Part shown: positions 16,406 to 26,219 of the stretch, in pieces | Numbering within the stretch: the first letter of the stretch is position 1 | How the letters are laid out: each line of letters begins with the position of its first letter | Virus record (IMG/VR): IMGVR_UViG_3300025667_000005 | Location: 1 to 57,005 of that record | DNA length: 57,005 bases | Strand: one strand, 5' to 3' | Origin: a virus | Lineage: Duplodnaviria; Caudoviricetes | Notes under the pieces: model-generated | The model's database searches: none | What the model was told of the DNA's origin: nothing | The model's input: the letters and a program-made list of their open reading frames with translations, nothing else | Translations under genes and position numbers: made by a program

Positions 16406-17420
16406 TCACCCATCCGTCAGTAATCAGTTTCTTTAAGCCTTCCTGTAGGTCTAGGTCTTCACGGAAGGCCGATACCATAGCGTCTCTACCCCGCCACTTA
16501 TTGTCTCCAAAGGAGTAGAAGGCACCTGACCGTGTGATTACTTCGTGAGCAACAGCAATGTTTAACATATCCTTAATGGTGTCAAAGTCTCCCATATGGA
16601 ATGCTTGAGAGTCCGTGAAGTAAAAGTCTACGACAGCCTGCTGTTGTGGTTTGAACGTCTTATTCTTAAGGGTTCGGGCCTTAATGGTCTGCCCAACTGC
16701 CTGCTTACCATCCTTGATCCACTCATCTTTCTTCACCTCCACACGAGTAAAGAAGTGGTAGTTCTTGGCCTTGCCTCCGGGTGTAGTGCGAGGGTCTCCC
16801 CACATAACACCAATCTTGTCACGCCACTGGTTAATCATGAGTCCGGTACAAGGACGGTCATACTCTGTGGCAGAGCGCTTTTGTGCGTTGTTAGACTTTC
16901 TAAAGAACTTGCCAGTTAGACGAGCACCTAAGCCGACAGTGAACGCTTCCATGTCCTTTTCGTATTCGTCTCCGGGAACAAGGGCAGGTAATGAGTCAAT
17001 GACCACCATGTCCACTGCTCGGTTAGCCCAAGCCCTAAGAACCGTGTCATAGGCACGTTCCATTATGTTGGTCTCCACCACCCACAGGCGGTTGAGGTCC
17101 ACACCAATAGCAGCAGCGTACTCTGGAACGTAGTCCTCGGCTGACACCCACATGGCTACCCAGTCAGGGTCTTCTGCTTGGTTAGCAGCGATGGTCTTGT
17201 ACGCAACAGCAGTCTTTCCTGAGGATTCACTACCAATGATCTCTGACCACTGATTTACAGGCCAGCCACCACCGAGCATAAGATCGTAGGCAAGGACACC
17301 GGACGTGACACGGTCCATCTCCATGCTTATGGTGTCCCCTTGTATCAGTGCCCCTTCCCCGTGTTTCTTGTTTATTGCTCTCGCTATTTCGTCAATGGTT
17401 TCGTAAGTCGTTGTGTTCAA
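16389..17420 (-). CDS. recA: RecA recombinase
   Basis: DLMLGGG, Walker A GSESSGKT, VIDS, INQxRxKIG, TPGGKA. Confidence 0.95.
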   Translation of the reverse strand: MNTTTYETIDEIARAINKKHGEGALIQGDTISMEMDRVTSGVLAYDLMLGGGWPVNQWSEIIGSESSGKTAVAYKTIAANQAEDPDWVAMWVSAEDYVPEYAAAIGVDLNRLWVVETNIMERAYDTVLRAWANRAVDMVVIDSLPALVPGDEYEKDMEAFTVGLGARLTGKFFRKSNNAQKRSATEYDRPCTGLMINQWRDKIGVMWGDPRTTPGGKAKNYHFFTRVEVKKDEWIKDGKQAVGQTIKARTLKNKTFKPQQQAVVDFYFTDSQAFHMGDFDTIKDMLNIAVAHEVITRSGAFYSFGDNKWRGRDAMVSAFREDLDLQEGLKKLITDGWVSEDAK

Positions 17421-17430
17421 TCTATTATCC

Positions 17431-17850
17431 TTATGGTGCTACCCAAGCAGATTGGTCTGCTTGTTCATATAGTCCGTTGTATCCACACTCATAACAGCGT
17501 GGCGCTGGGGACGCTCCGTTGATCATACTGCCTCCGGTGCGTGATGTGCGGGAGAAGTAGTTATTACTTCCGCAACTAGGGCACACAAGGTGACCGTCCT
17601 TCTTCCATGCCTCTCCACCTTGCCATGTTCGTATGGCATCTCCCATAGTTACTTGACCATTAGGATCGGGGTGGTGCTGCTGGTTCTGTTGCTGTTGGTT
17701 AATGTACCGCTCTTGTGGTGACGGTTGTGTCACAGGCTGCGGATTAGTTTGTGCCGTAGGGAAGTTTATGGGTGGGGTATTAGGTGTGTCCCGCACCTCT
17801 CTTGATTGTGGCTCTTTACCAGCCAGTCGGTCTGCCCACCAGTCACCCAT
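17431..17850 (-). CDS. zinc-ribbon hypothetical protein
   Basis: CPSCGSNNY...CYECGY, Q/P-rich N-terminus. Confidence 0.75.
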   Translation of the reverse strand: MGDWWADRLAGKEPQSREVRDTPNTPPINFPTAQTNPQPVTQPSPQERYINQQQQNQQHHPDPNGQVTMGDAIRTWQGGEAWKKDGHLVCPSCGSNNYFSRTSRTGGSMINGASPAPRCYECGYNGLYEQADQSAWVAP

Positions 17851-18314
17851 TACTCTTCCTCACATATCTGTAGTAGATCTTCGTCTATAAGTTTTGACAC
17901 TGCTGACACTATACACCCCATAAAGGTGCCGTAGGCAGATTCCTTAATATCCTTGAACATCTTTATTATTTCTTCGTGTTCTACAGGTTCAAACGTAGCG
18001 TAATCATCGGAATCCGGGTCATCATTATTAATACGGATCAGGAAATCAGACCCGTCAGACAGGTCCTCTTCATCCGGTAACATCTCTTCCCTGACCATTA
18101 TCTCGGACATCCACTCAGAGGACTCTTCTATGGACTCTATGACACCCATGCTGGTCAGGAGGCTCCAGCGGCGCAGTACATCCTTCTCCTCGTACTCTCG
18201 CACCTCGTCCGTTGCTGGTGTTAATCCAGCCTCTGTAGCGATGTCTTGCCCATCTGGGGGAGACAGCATGAGGTAAAAGTTACGCTTTGCTGATAGGTTC
18301 TCAATAAATGGCAT
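17850..18314 (-). CDS. acidic hypothetical protein
   Basis: TAATG overlaps at both ends. Confidence 0.7.
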   Translation of the reverse strand: MPFIENLSAKRNFYLMLSPPDGQDIATEAGLTPATDEVREYEEKDVLRRWSLLTSMGVIESIEESSEWMSEIMVREEMLPDEEDLSDGSDFLIRINNDDPDSDDYATFEPVEHEEIIKMFKDIKESAYGTFMGCIVSAVSKLIDEDLLQICEEE

Positions 18315-20401
18315 TACTTGGCCTCCGACCATGTGCGTGCTGTACTGTAGGACACAACTAGGGGCACACCCTTTATGACTACTCCATGTCCCATTGCTTC
18401 CATTAGTACTCCTGTTACTTCTTCCATGTCTAAGTGGTTGGGTACGTTCACGACAAGTTCGTCGTGTACCTGTACTAACAGTTTAGCACCACTTCCGTTA
18501 AGTTCTTTGAAGGACTTAATCATGGCCTTCTTACAGATGTCTGAGGCGCTTCCTTGCACCACAGCGTTGACCGATTGTCGCTCTGCTCGTGACCTGTCTG
18601 CGTTGTCAGCAGAGTTGATGTCTGGTAGTCGCCGCTTGCGCCCAGATATAGTGGTTACAAAGCCGTCACGTTGTGCTTGCCTAACTACTGAGTTCTTCCA
18701 CTTAGAGAGCGTGCTAAACTGTTCGTAGTACTGGTTGATGACGTTACGAGCATGGGCTACCGTGATACCAGCGGAGTCAGCAAGTTTACCAGCGCCACCG
18801 CCATAGGCCGTGAGGAAGTTAGTGGCCTTCCCTATCTGCCTCTCTTCACTTGTTACTTCCTCAATAGGCTTGTTAAACACAAGAGCCGCAGCACCCGAAT
18901 GGATGTCCTTCTCATTAAGGAAGATGTCCAGCATATTGGCGTCCTTGCTAAACATAGCCATTACACGGAGTTCTACTTGGTCATAGTCAGCAACAAGTAG
19001 GGTGGAGTCCTCTTGGGCGCAGAACAAACCACGCACGCTGGCCTCTCTCGGTATGTTCTGTAGGTTGGGGTTAGACGAAGATAGCCTGCCCGTGGCTGTA
19101 CGGTTCAGGTGAAAACTGGGGTGAACCCTTCCATTGTTAATCTTGGGGAGCATACCCTCTACGTATGTGCTCTTCGTCTTCTTACATTCAGACCACTCTA
19201 GAAACAATGGAATAGCCTTATTCTTCTTTTCCATCTTTCGTAGAGTCTCTTGGTCCACCGACGGTTGTCCTTTTAGTGTTTGTTTAATGGGTGTTAGTTC
19301 TAGACCACCCTCGCTCTTCTTGCTGTATAGGAAGCGCCTCTTATCAACAACAGAGTCAGGGTTGAATCCGGGGTAGGTGAGAGCATTCATGTTCACCTTT
19401 AACTCAAGGAGCCTACTGTCTAACTCTTTGCCGAGAGCGACCATGCCATCACGGTCTACTGTGATGCCCTCATGCTCCATGTTCATAAGAACTTCAAGTA
19501 CCTCTGAGTCTTGCTCAAGCACAGACACGAACTCTGGTAACTGTGACATAAGTTTATTATAGAGTAGCCACGTCCAGCGAGCATCTAAGTGCACGTACCG
19601 GCAGGATACAGAGAAAGGGGAGAAGGCAATGATAGCACCGATCTTACCTTCCCTATCGTAGGGGTTGTATCCATCAAAGTGTGTACGTATGAGGTTAACT
19701 AGGGAGTAACCTTTGTGATTATCATCCAGAATGTGCTGGGCTATCATGGTGTCTCGGAAAGGGCCAACTGGCATCTCTCCATAGTACTTGTATATTGACC
19801 TAGCATCAAACTTTACGTTGTGACCTACTTTAGTAATACTACTATCAAAGAAGATTGGTCGTAGTGCTTCAAAAACCTTATGCTTAGATAGTTGTGTAGG
19901 GGGAGGGCCGAACACAGCGTGCTTAACATACTTAGCCTTCGCCATAGACTCCCTCCCACTCTTTAGTATGTTTCGCAGACCAGTGGGTGGTGTTGTGCTC
20001 CCGTCCCCTACCTCTTCTTCTTCAATAATCTCCCCGTTAGGGTGACCCATAGGTATAGCCCACGAGTGTCCATGCGTTGCTATGCCCATCCATATAACTT
20101 CGTTACGCATAGGATCAAGAGCCAAGTCCTTGGTTATGGCTGCTGCTTTGTTTTCTCTCACCCTATCATTAGTACCAGAAACAATGGTCTTTAGTGTAGC
20201 GATGTGCTCTTCTACCTGCTGGTCTAGAAGTTCTAGAAGGTCAGCGTGGTTGGTAAGAACACCAAGGGTCTCTACGTCAAACGCAAAGGAACCTACGGAC
20301 TGTACAACCCGTACTAGTTCCTCAATCTCTTTAACTGTGGTGAGGTAGCAAGGACCGGGGTGGTCTGTTCGGGCACCCCGGTCCTTAACACTAACGGACA
20401 T
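18314..20401 (-). CDS. polA: family A DNA polymerase (3'-5' exonuclease + polymerase)
   Basis: DVET, HNVKFD, TGRLSSSNPNLQN, ADYDQVELR, KATNFLTAYG, VHDE. Confidence 0.96.
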   Translation of the reverse strand: MSVSVKDRGARTDHPGPCYLTTVKEIEELVRVVQSVGSFAFDVETLGVLTNHADLLELLDQQVEEHIATLKTIVSGTNDRVRENKAAAITKDLALDPMRNEVIWMGIATHGHSWAIPMGHPNGEIIEEEEVGDGSTTPPTGLRNILKSGRESMAKAKYVKHAVFGPPPTQLSKHKVFEALRPIFFDSSITKVGHNVKFDARSIYKYYGEMPVGPFRDTMIAQHILDDNHKGYSLVNLIRTHFDGYNPYDREGKIGAIIAFSPFSVSCRYVHLDARWTWLLYNKLMSQLPEFVSVLEQDSEVLEVLMNMEHEGITVDRDGMVALGKELDSRLLELKVNMNALTYPGFNPDSVVDKRRFLYSKKSEGGLELTPIKQTLKGQPSVDQETLRKMEKKNKAIPLFLEWSECKKTKSTYVEGMLPKINNGRVHPSFHLNRTATGRLSSSNPNLQNIPREASVRGLFCAQEDSTLLVADYDQVELRVMAMFSKDANMLDIFLNEKDIHSGAAALVFNKPIEEVTSEERQIGKATNFLTAYGGGAGKLADSAGITVAHARNVINQYYEQFSTLSKWKNSVVRQAQRDGFVTTISGRKRRLPDINSADNADRSRAERQSVNAVVQGSASDICKKAMIKSFKELNGSGAKLLVQVHDELVVNVPNHLDMEEVTGVLMEAMGHGVVIKGVPLVVSYSTARTWSEAK
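20350..20386. terminator. perfect 13-bp hairpin inside the first codons of polA
   Basis: AAGGACCGGGGTG-N11-CACCCCGGTCCTT; no U-tract. Confidence 0.5.
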
Positions 20402-20405
20402 CGGG

Positions 20406-21053
20406 TTACCTTATTCCAGTTGTCTCTTTGACGATCTCCATGAGTTCCTCTTTAGTGGGGTTCTCAATAATGTCACTAGTGTACATATCTTCACGGAAGT
20501 CCGCTAGATCTGAATCAGTGAGTGGGTTTACTCCCCAGTCTTCTGACAGGTCACGGTCTTTAACCATTAGATGGTTGTATTGTGTCTGTGGACCTTGACC
20601 ACTGCGGCTTACTGCCCAGTAGTGTTTGTCTAGGGGTCCCTGCTGTTCCGAGTCATTGAAGTTTCGGAGTGATGCGATGACACGAGTACCAGCCTCGTAC
20701 GAACGGATTACTGGTAGTTCTCCTCGTGACATAAGCACAACATTGAGGGCGTGCATAGGACGAGAACGGTCACCCATGTTGCAAAGTGGACAATCACCAC
20801 TATCGTCAGGGCCACCAATACACACAAAGGACATCTTGCCAGAGCGAGTGATCCAGTGACGGTTCCATGACGCATATGGTGCGCTCTCAAGGAACTTAAC
20901 AACCACCGGGTCAGCGCCTACCTTGAGACGCTGTGCGTAGTTAGTAGACACCGGGGTGACGTTGTCCACGCCCTCCCAGCCAGATCGCACGACGGTACGT
21001 GCTGCTGGGGGTTCTTTCTCTTCTTTCGTTTCTTCGTCATAACTTAATGGCAT
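20406..21053 (-). CDS. ssb: single-stranded DNA-binding protein (gp32-like)
   Basis: VKFL, HW, C...CPLC zinc site, SRSGxGxxTxY; next to polymerase. Confidence 0.7.
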   Translation of the reverse strand: MPLSYDEETKEEKEPPAARTVVRSGWEGVDNVTPVSTNYAQRLKVGADPVVVKFLESAPYASWNRHWITRSGKMSFVCIGGPDDSGDCPLCNMGDRSRPMHALNVVLMSRGELPVIRSYEAGTRVIASLRNFNDSEQQGPLDKHYWAVSRSGQGPQTQYNHLMVKDRDLSEDWGVNPLTDSDLADFREDMYTSDIIENPTKEELMEIVKETTGIR

Positions 21054-21073
21054 ATTTACTTATCTCTTTTCTG

Positions 21074-21550
21074 TTAGAGCGGCCAGTTGGCTGCTGTATG
21101 TTTACGGAACCCCTGCCAGTCAGCAGAGGACCTTTCGTCAAGCATGAAATGCTCAACTGCGTCAAGCAGGAACTCTGCTTGCTCAACGGTGTAGAGGCGA
21201 CGACCCTTGGCAACAATGCCGGGTATCTGCTCTCCTTTAGGAGGGGGTGTTCGGTAGTTAGCAAAGGGTATTAGACCCTTGTCCTCCCACGAACGCAAGG
21301 TGGTAGCGGTGCGACCTACTGCCTTGGCAATATCACCAATGGTATAGAAGTCCAGTAGTTCTCCACCTATTCGGTACCGTTTCTTATTGGCACCAAACAT
21401 ACGGTCGTCCGTATCTGATCTCTTCTTCTTTGTTCCTCCGGGGCGGTTGATAGGTACCTTGGTACCGGGGAAGTCTTCTTCCTCTTCTTCTAGTACCTCA
21501 CCTGTCTCTTTCTTAAGTAGGTACTTGAAGTATGTGGCGTCCTTGCTCAT
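21074..21550 (-). CDS. MerR-type HTH DNA-binding protein
   Basis: YTIGDIAKAVGRTATTLRSWEDKGLIP...GRRLYT. Confidence 0.85.
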   Translation of the reverse strand: MSKDATYFKYLLKKETGEVLEEEEEDFPGTKVPINRPGGTKKKRSDTDDRMFGANKKRYRIGGELLDFYTIGDIAKAVGRTATTLRSWEDKGLIPFANYRTPPPKGEQIPGIVAKGRRLYTVEQAEFLLDAVEHFMLDERSSADWQGFRKHTAANWPL

Positions 21551-22002
21551 ACTTTGAACGCCCACACTTCCCTCTCCACGTAAAACTCTCGTACGATGGT
21601 GTTAATATCTTTGTCATCCCAAGCCATAGCGAGTACCTTATCTTCACTCAGGACTTCCACAACCTCTTTAACGGAATCCCACAGACCGGCCTCTCGTGCC
21701 CACGACTCAGCCGCCGACGTATCAAAGGACCGAGACACACGGCGCTCTCGCTTGAGTTTGTGGTCACCAAGTTCTAGCCACAGGTGACCATTGTGATCTG
21801 GTTCTCCATCAGCATCCACTAAATCAGACAACTGTTTCTTAAACTTATCGGCACGCTTCTTAGCAGAGTCGGCCATTTCTTTAGCGGCCTTGTACTCATC
21901 TACCATGCGTGCGTTGAAGGCATACTTCTCGGATACCTCTTGTCGTCCCGCTGCGTACGCCTCCCGTACTCTCTGTGCCTCTTCTTCGCTCAATGGTTCC
22001 AC
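21547..22002 (-). CDS. coiled-coil hypothetical protein
   Basis: 151-aa ORF in replication operon. Confidence 0.7.
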   Translation of the reverse strand: MEPLSEEEAQRVREAYAAGRQEVSEKYAFNARMVDEYKAAKEMADSAKKRADKFKKQLSDLVDADGEPDHNGHLWLELGDHKLKRERRVSRSFDTSAAESWAREAGLWDSVKEVVEVLSEDKVLAMAWDDKDINTIVREFYVEREVWAFKV

Positions 22003-22004
22003 TG

Positions 22005-23570
22005 TTATACCTCTGCGTTTGTTAGGAAGTCGGATAGAGACCCCATAGTGATCTCGTACTGACCTTGTTTGTTGTATCCACCGTCAATGAATGCTTTGTT
22101 TATTAATCGCTTCTCATTCAACATAGCGTACTGTCGCTCCTCAATGCTACCTTTCATGACAAAAGATGTAATTGTTACATGAGGAAACTCGGAGGAGAGG
22201 CGAATTATGCGTGCCTCTCGCTGGTCTAGTTTTCCCGCTGACCAAGGTAGGTCATAGGAAATAAGGTGGTTAGCCATAGGCAAATCCACCCCGTACCCTC
22301 CCGCATCAGAAGAAAGGAACACCCTAGTGTTGGGGTCATTACGGAACTGCTCTTTGGCGTCGTTGCGTGATGAGGCAGTCATTCCACCCATGAACTTAAC
22401 ACAGGTGGTCTGGTTACTGAGGGCATCTTCTAAGAGAGATAGGTTACGACGGAAGAAGGAGAAGATAACAATCTTGTTGTTCTCATCCTCTGTCAAGATG
22501 TCTGTAACATACTCAACCACGGCATCCAGTTTGGGTGACTTGCTCGTGGCCTTTAGTACGCCCTCGTCTATAACCTTGCGAGCGTAACTACTGCCCTGAT
22601 TGGTAGACTTGTCAGCGAACAAATCAGCGGACAGGCGAACCAACTCCGGGTTGTCACAGAGCATACGAAGTACCGTTAGTCGGGACATAATCTCTCCCTG
22701 AACAGCGCTGCCCTCAGAATCGTTGTAGTGCTTCCACAGATCAAATGTACGGTTCATCTTGCCGGTAGAGACAGCATCGTGTATCTTGCGAAGTAGGTCA
22801 CTGGTTATCTTTTGGTAAGCGCTAGCACCAGCAGGGTCAAACGACACGGGGATGACCTTGTTAATGACGGTAGGCAGTTGGTCTTGTATGTCTTCCCGTG
22901 TCTTGCGTATCATTACGTCAGAGAGGCTACTTTTAAGTATGTGTAGGTTTCGGTAGCGAGAAGGTTTACCCCAGTGGTCCCTCACAATAAAGGTGTCATC
23001 AAACAGATTGAACTTGCCCAAAACGGAGGGATCCACGAACTCCATGATAGAGAACAGTTCCTCTGGTCGGTTCTCTATGGGTTGTCCTGTTAGAGCGAAC
23101 CTGTACATCGCTCTCTTACCTAGTTGCTTTAGGAAGCGGGACCTCTTAGTGGTACGAGACTTGATCATGGTGGCCTCATCAATGACAATAGCCTCTACAC
23201 GTACCTTGCCGAGGTAGGCCATGTCCCTCTGAAGAAGTTCAGGGTTAACAATAATGTACCGTGCGCTAACAGCGGCTCGCCAGAGGGCCTCTCTACCTTT
23301 AGGTGGGCCATCAATAACTACCGCCTTGTACGAGGTGTTCCCATCTGAGCAGAACCTCTTGATCTCAGACAGCCACTGGTACTTGAGGGAAGCAGGAACA
23401 ACGATAAGCGCACGGGAAATGTCGTCGCTGTCAAACAATGCCTCCAAAGCGCTGAGTGTGGTGGGGGTCTTGCCAGCGCCCATGACCATACACACCATCG
23501 CTGACCCACGGTCAACCATAAGGTCGTGGGCCTCTTCTTGGAAGGGGTAGAGTGTACCAACAAAGGACAT
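22005..23570 (-). CDS. SNF2-family helicase
   Basis: MGAGKT, VPASL, DEAT, LTGQPIEN, GGYGVDL, QREARIxR. Confidence 0.93.
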   Translation of the reverse strand: MSFVGTLYPFQEEAHDLMVDRGSAMVCMVMGAGKTPTTLSALEALFDSDDISRALIVVPASLKYQWLSEIKRFCSDGNTSYKAVVIDGPPKGREALWRAAVSARYIIVNPELLQRDMAYLGKVRVEAIVIDEATMIKSRTTKRSRFLKQLGKRAMYRFALTGQPIENRPEELFSIMEFVDPSVLGKFNLFDDTFIVRDHWGKPSRYRNLHILKSSLSDVMIRKTREDIQDQLPTVINKVIPVSFDPAGASAYQKITSDLLRKIHDAVSTGKMNRTFDLWKHYNDSEGSAVQGEIMSRLTVLRMLCDNPELVRLSADLFADKSTNQGSSYARKVIDEGVLKATSKSPKLDAVVEYVTDILTEDENNKIVIFSFFRRNLSLLEDALSNQTTCVKFMGGMTASSRNDAKEQFRNDPNTRVFLSSDAGGYGVDLPMANHLISYDLPWSAGKLDQREARIIRLSSEFPHVTITSFVMKGSIEERQYAMLNEKRLINKAFIDGGYNKQGQYEITMGSLSDFLTNAEV

Positions 23571-24508
23571 TAGGTTAACCACCAAGGTAGGTAGGTGGCC
23601 CCACTAATAGCCTCTTCTATATCACTGTTCGTCATGTCGCCTAAGTCTTTTGCTTTCGTGTGTTCGTACTTGAGGAAATATAAACCGTGACGTGGTCTCG
23701 GACAATGTCCGAACAACCGGTTCGCTGCGTTTATACCAGCCTCATCGTTGTCTAGCGCAATAACCAGTCTATCAGAATAATGTACTGCTAGGCGCACCTG
23801 TTCATTACTGATATGCGCCCCAAAGGATGCTAACCCTAGTGTGTTCGTTCCCAAGCGCAGAGAGGCTAGTCGTACAACATCAAGGGGGGACTCTAGTAGT
23901 ACTGCTGTCTTAGCCCTGAATCTGTCAAGGCCGAATAGTGTCTCTGACTTCTTAACACCTGTGGGCACGTTTCGGAAGTACCCTTTTGCTTTCTCTTGCC
24001 ATCCCCATAGATCACCGGTGGGGGACATTATAGGTATTATCCATCTACGGTTCTCTGTGTCCCAACGTATGCCGTGGTGTTTTGCTACCTCTGGGTCTAT
24101 TCCTTTATGCTCTAGCAACTGTTCTGGCACCTGTGTAAAGGTACGGAAGAGGTCAACGTCTGCGTTTGGTGTGTACTTCTCTACCTCTACGTCGTCCCCT
24201 ATTGACGCTTGTAGCCTTTCTAGTCCTGACTTTATTATGAACTGGTGTACCTCTTGTTCGGCGTTAGCACTACCTGTCACCTCTTCCACTAGTTGAAGGA
24301 GATTTCCTTTAGCGCCACACGAGTAACATATCCAAAGTCCAGAGTCCTTGCTGATGGACCACGAGGGGTGTCCATCTTCTTTCCCTGTTCTCTTTAGGTG
24401 TACGGGGCACCGGGCACCAACCTCATCCCCTCCGTCCCTTATACCCTCCACTCCTAGTTTGTGTAGTATGTCTAGGAGGGCATCACCATGCTTTATTAAA
24501 GTCATCAT
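23570..24508 (-). CDS. dnaG: DNA primase (zinc finger + TOPRIM)
   Basis: CPVH...CYSC, LLESPLD, LDNDEAG, KDLGD. Confidence 0.88.
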   Translation of the reverse strand: MMTLIKHGDALLDILHKLGVEGIRDGGDEVGARCPVHLKRTGKEDGHPSWSISKDSGLWICYSCGAKGNLLQLVEEVTGSANAEQEVHQFIIKSGLERLQASIGDDVEVEKYTPNADVDLFRTFTQVPEQLLEHKGIDPEVAKHHGIRWDTENRRWIIPIMSPTGDLWGWQEKAKGYFRNVPTGVKKSETLFGLDRFRAKTAVLLESPLDVVRLASLRLGTNTLGLASFGAHISNEQVRLAVHYSDRLVIALDNDEAGINAANRLFGHCPRPRHGLYFLKYEHTKAKDLGDMTNSDIEEAISGATYLPWWLT

Positions 24509-25775
24509 TGTCCTCGTCGTCGTTGTTTATATCGTCGTCTTTTGATGTGTCCACTTCAGAGAAGTTCATAGTGTCCCAATCCCATTTGATTGTGACCTCC
24601 CCTCGTGGTGATGTTCTGGATTCCACAATACGTACAATGGAGCGCTCTTCGTGATCGGGGTCCCGCTCTACCGCCATAACCAAGTCGGAGTCCTGAACGA
24701 AGGAAGAGGAGTACCCAATAGCGTCGGCTGTTACCCGTCGTGACGTCCTGCTAGTTAACTTGGAGGACAGAACCTGCGTGGTAATAACAATAGGAACGTC
24801 TGCTCGTTGGGCGAGACGCTTGAGTGACCTTGTTATGTTGGTCAATGCCTGAGGGCTTCCGGGAGACTCACCATTCTCGTCTGTCATCATGTAGGCACCA
24901 TCAACTATAACAATGCCCGGATCGTGTTGCTCTATCTTGGCAGCCAGTCCACCCACGGTCATGGCCGACGATGTGTCTTCCACGATAACAAAGGGGTTAC
25001 TGTTCTTCCTCATCCGCAGGGCGATCTGTAGTCTGCTCACTTCTTCAGAGGTGGACGTTCCGTGGAGCAGCCCACCGTGGGACACCTTAGCGACGTAGGC
25101 ATCATGACGAGCGGCCATCTCTTTGGCACCCATCTCAAAGGACACCATCATGGGGGTCACACCGGTGTCATTAGCAGTGACCGCCATAACCATTGCCATC
25201 ATGGACTTGCCTCGCTTGGCCTCTCCCACTAAGGTGACCAACTGTTGTGGGCGCAGACCGGAGGTGAGGGCATCTAGACCGGGGAACCCTGTGGGTATCC
25301 CTAGTAACTCGTCTTGATGCTCACGATAGTAGGCGTAATCTTCTAGACGTTCTTTCCATGTCTCTACAATGTTGATGTCACGGGTGATGGAGGCACCACC
25401 CATAATGTTCTGTACCGCAGCGTACATATAGTTGATGGCCTGCATAGGGTCATCTTGTCCCTGATCTAGCATCAGTGTGGCCTCTGCGAGGACCCCGGTG
25501 GTAGAAGAGATCAGGTGAGAGGTACGTACCTCGTCGGCCAATCCACTGAGCACCTCGGTGTCCACGATGGCCAAGGTGACAGACGGGAACGCTGACAGGA
25601 ACGCCCGCTCGCTGGGCACTTCCCCGTGGTCAACGTAGTACCTGTTTATCCAGACCCACTGGTCACCGTAGTCACCAGAGAACTGTTCGGTAGTAACGCC
25701 GTAGGAGGATATGGCCTCATTAAGGCTACGGTCCTTTAGTACCTTGCTTATCAGTAGGTGTTCTGCGCTAGCCAT
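24483..25775 (-). CDS. dnaB: replicative DnaB-like helicase
   Basis: GIPTGFPGLD, GEAKRGKS, SFEM, VDGAY, QDSD. Confidence 0.93.
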   Translation of the reverse strand: MASAEHLLISKVLKDRSLNEAISSYGVTTEQFSGDYGDQWVWINRYYVDHGEVPSERAFLSAFPSVTLAIVDTEVLSGLADEVRTSHLISSTTGVLAEATLMLDQGQDDPMQAINYMYAAVQNIMGGASITRDINIVETWKERLEDYAYYREHQDELLGIPTGFPGLDALTSGLRPQQLVTLVGEAKRGKSMMAMVMAVTANDTGVTPMMVSFEMGAKEMAARHDAYVAKVSHGGLLHGTSTSEEVSRLQIALRMRKNSNPFVIVEDTSSAMTVGGLAAKIEQHDPGIVIVDGAYMMTDENGESPGSPQALTNITRSLKRLAQRADVPIVITTQVLSSKLTSRTSRRVTADAIGYSSSFVQDSDLVMAVERDPDHEERSIVRIVESRTSPRGEVTIKWDWDTMNFSEVDTSKDDDINNDDEDNDDFNKAW

Positions 25776-26219
25776 TTATAAAACCATCTCTCGTTCTGGT
25801 GATGCCACCCGTGCCCGGATACCAACTATACGTGCTTGCTCCTCAGTTCCAACATGAATCACTGTAGAAGGGTTATGGTATTTAACGGAGTCAGAGAAAT
25901 CTCTCATAGACGAGTACCCAAGAACGGGAACGGACGCTGCTCTCTTGAACAGCCAACTGTCAATGGCTTCCGCTGCCTCATCCCCCATTAGTGTGACAAC
26001 ATCAACGCCAATGCCTCTACGTCGTACAGAGTCAATGATAGACTTCAGGGGTAACTCGTAGGGTTCCCACATACCAATGTACGCTTTCCAGTCCCCCTTT
26101 GCTTTCATCCGGGCCGCTCGTAACTTGGCGATCTTCTTGATAGGTGGGTGCGCTAGTACACCCTCAAACATACATATCTGTTGTATAGGTACGAAGAAGG
26201 AGATGTCATTACTCTCCAT
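25776..26219 (-). CDS. hypothetical protein, possibly degenerate HAD-like
   Basis: CMFEGVLA at the position of HAD motif I; in replication operon. Confidence 0.6.
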   Translation of the reverse strand: MESNDISFFVPIQQICMFEGVLAHPPIKKIAKLRAARMKAKGDWKAYIGMWEPYELPLKSIIDSVRRRGIGVDVVTLMGDEAAEAIDSWLFKRAASVPVLGYSSMRDFSDSVKYHNPSTVIHVGTEEQARIVGIRARVASPEREMVL

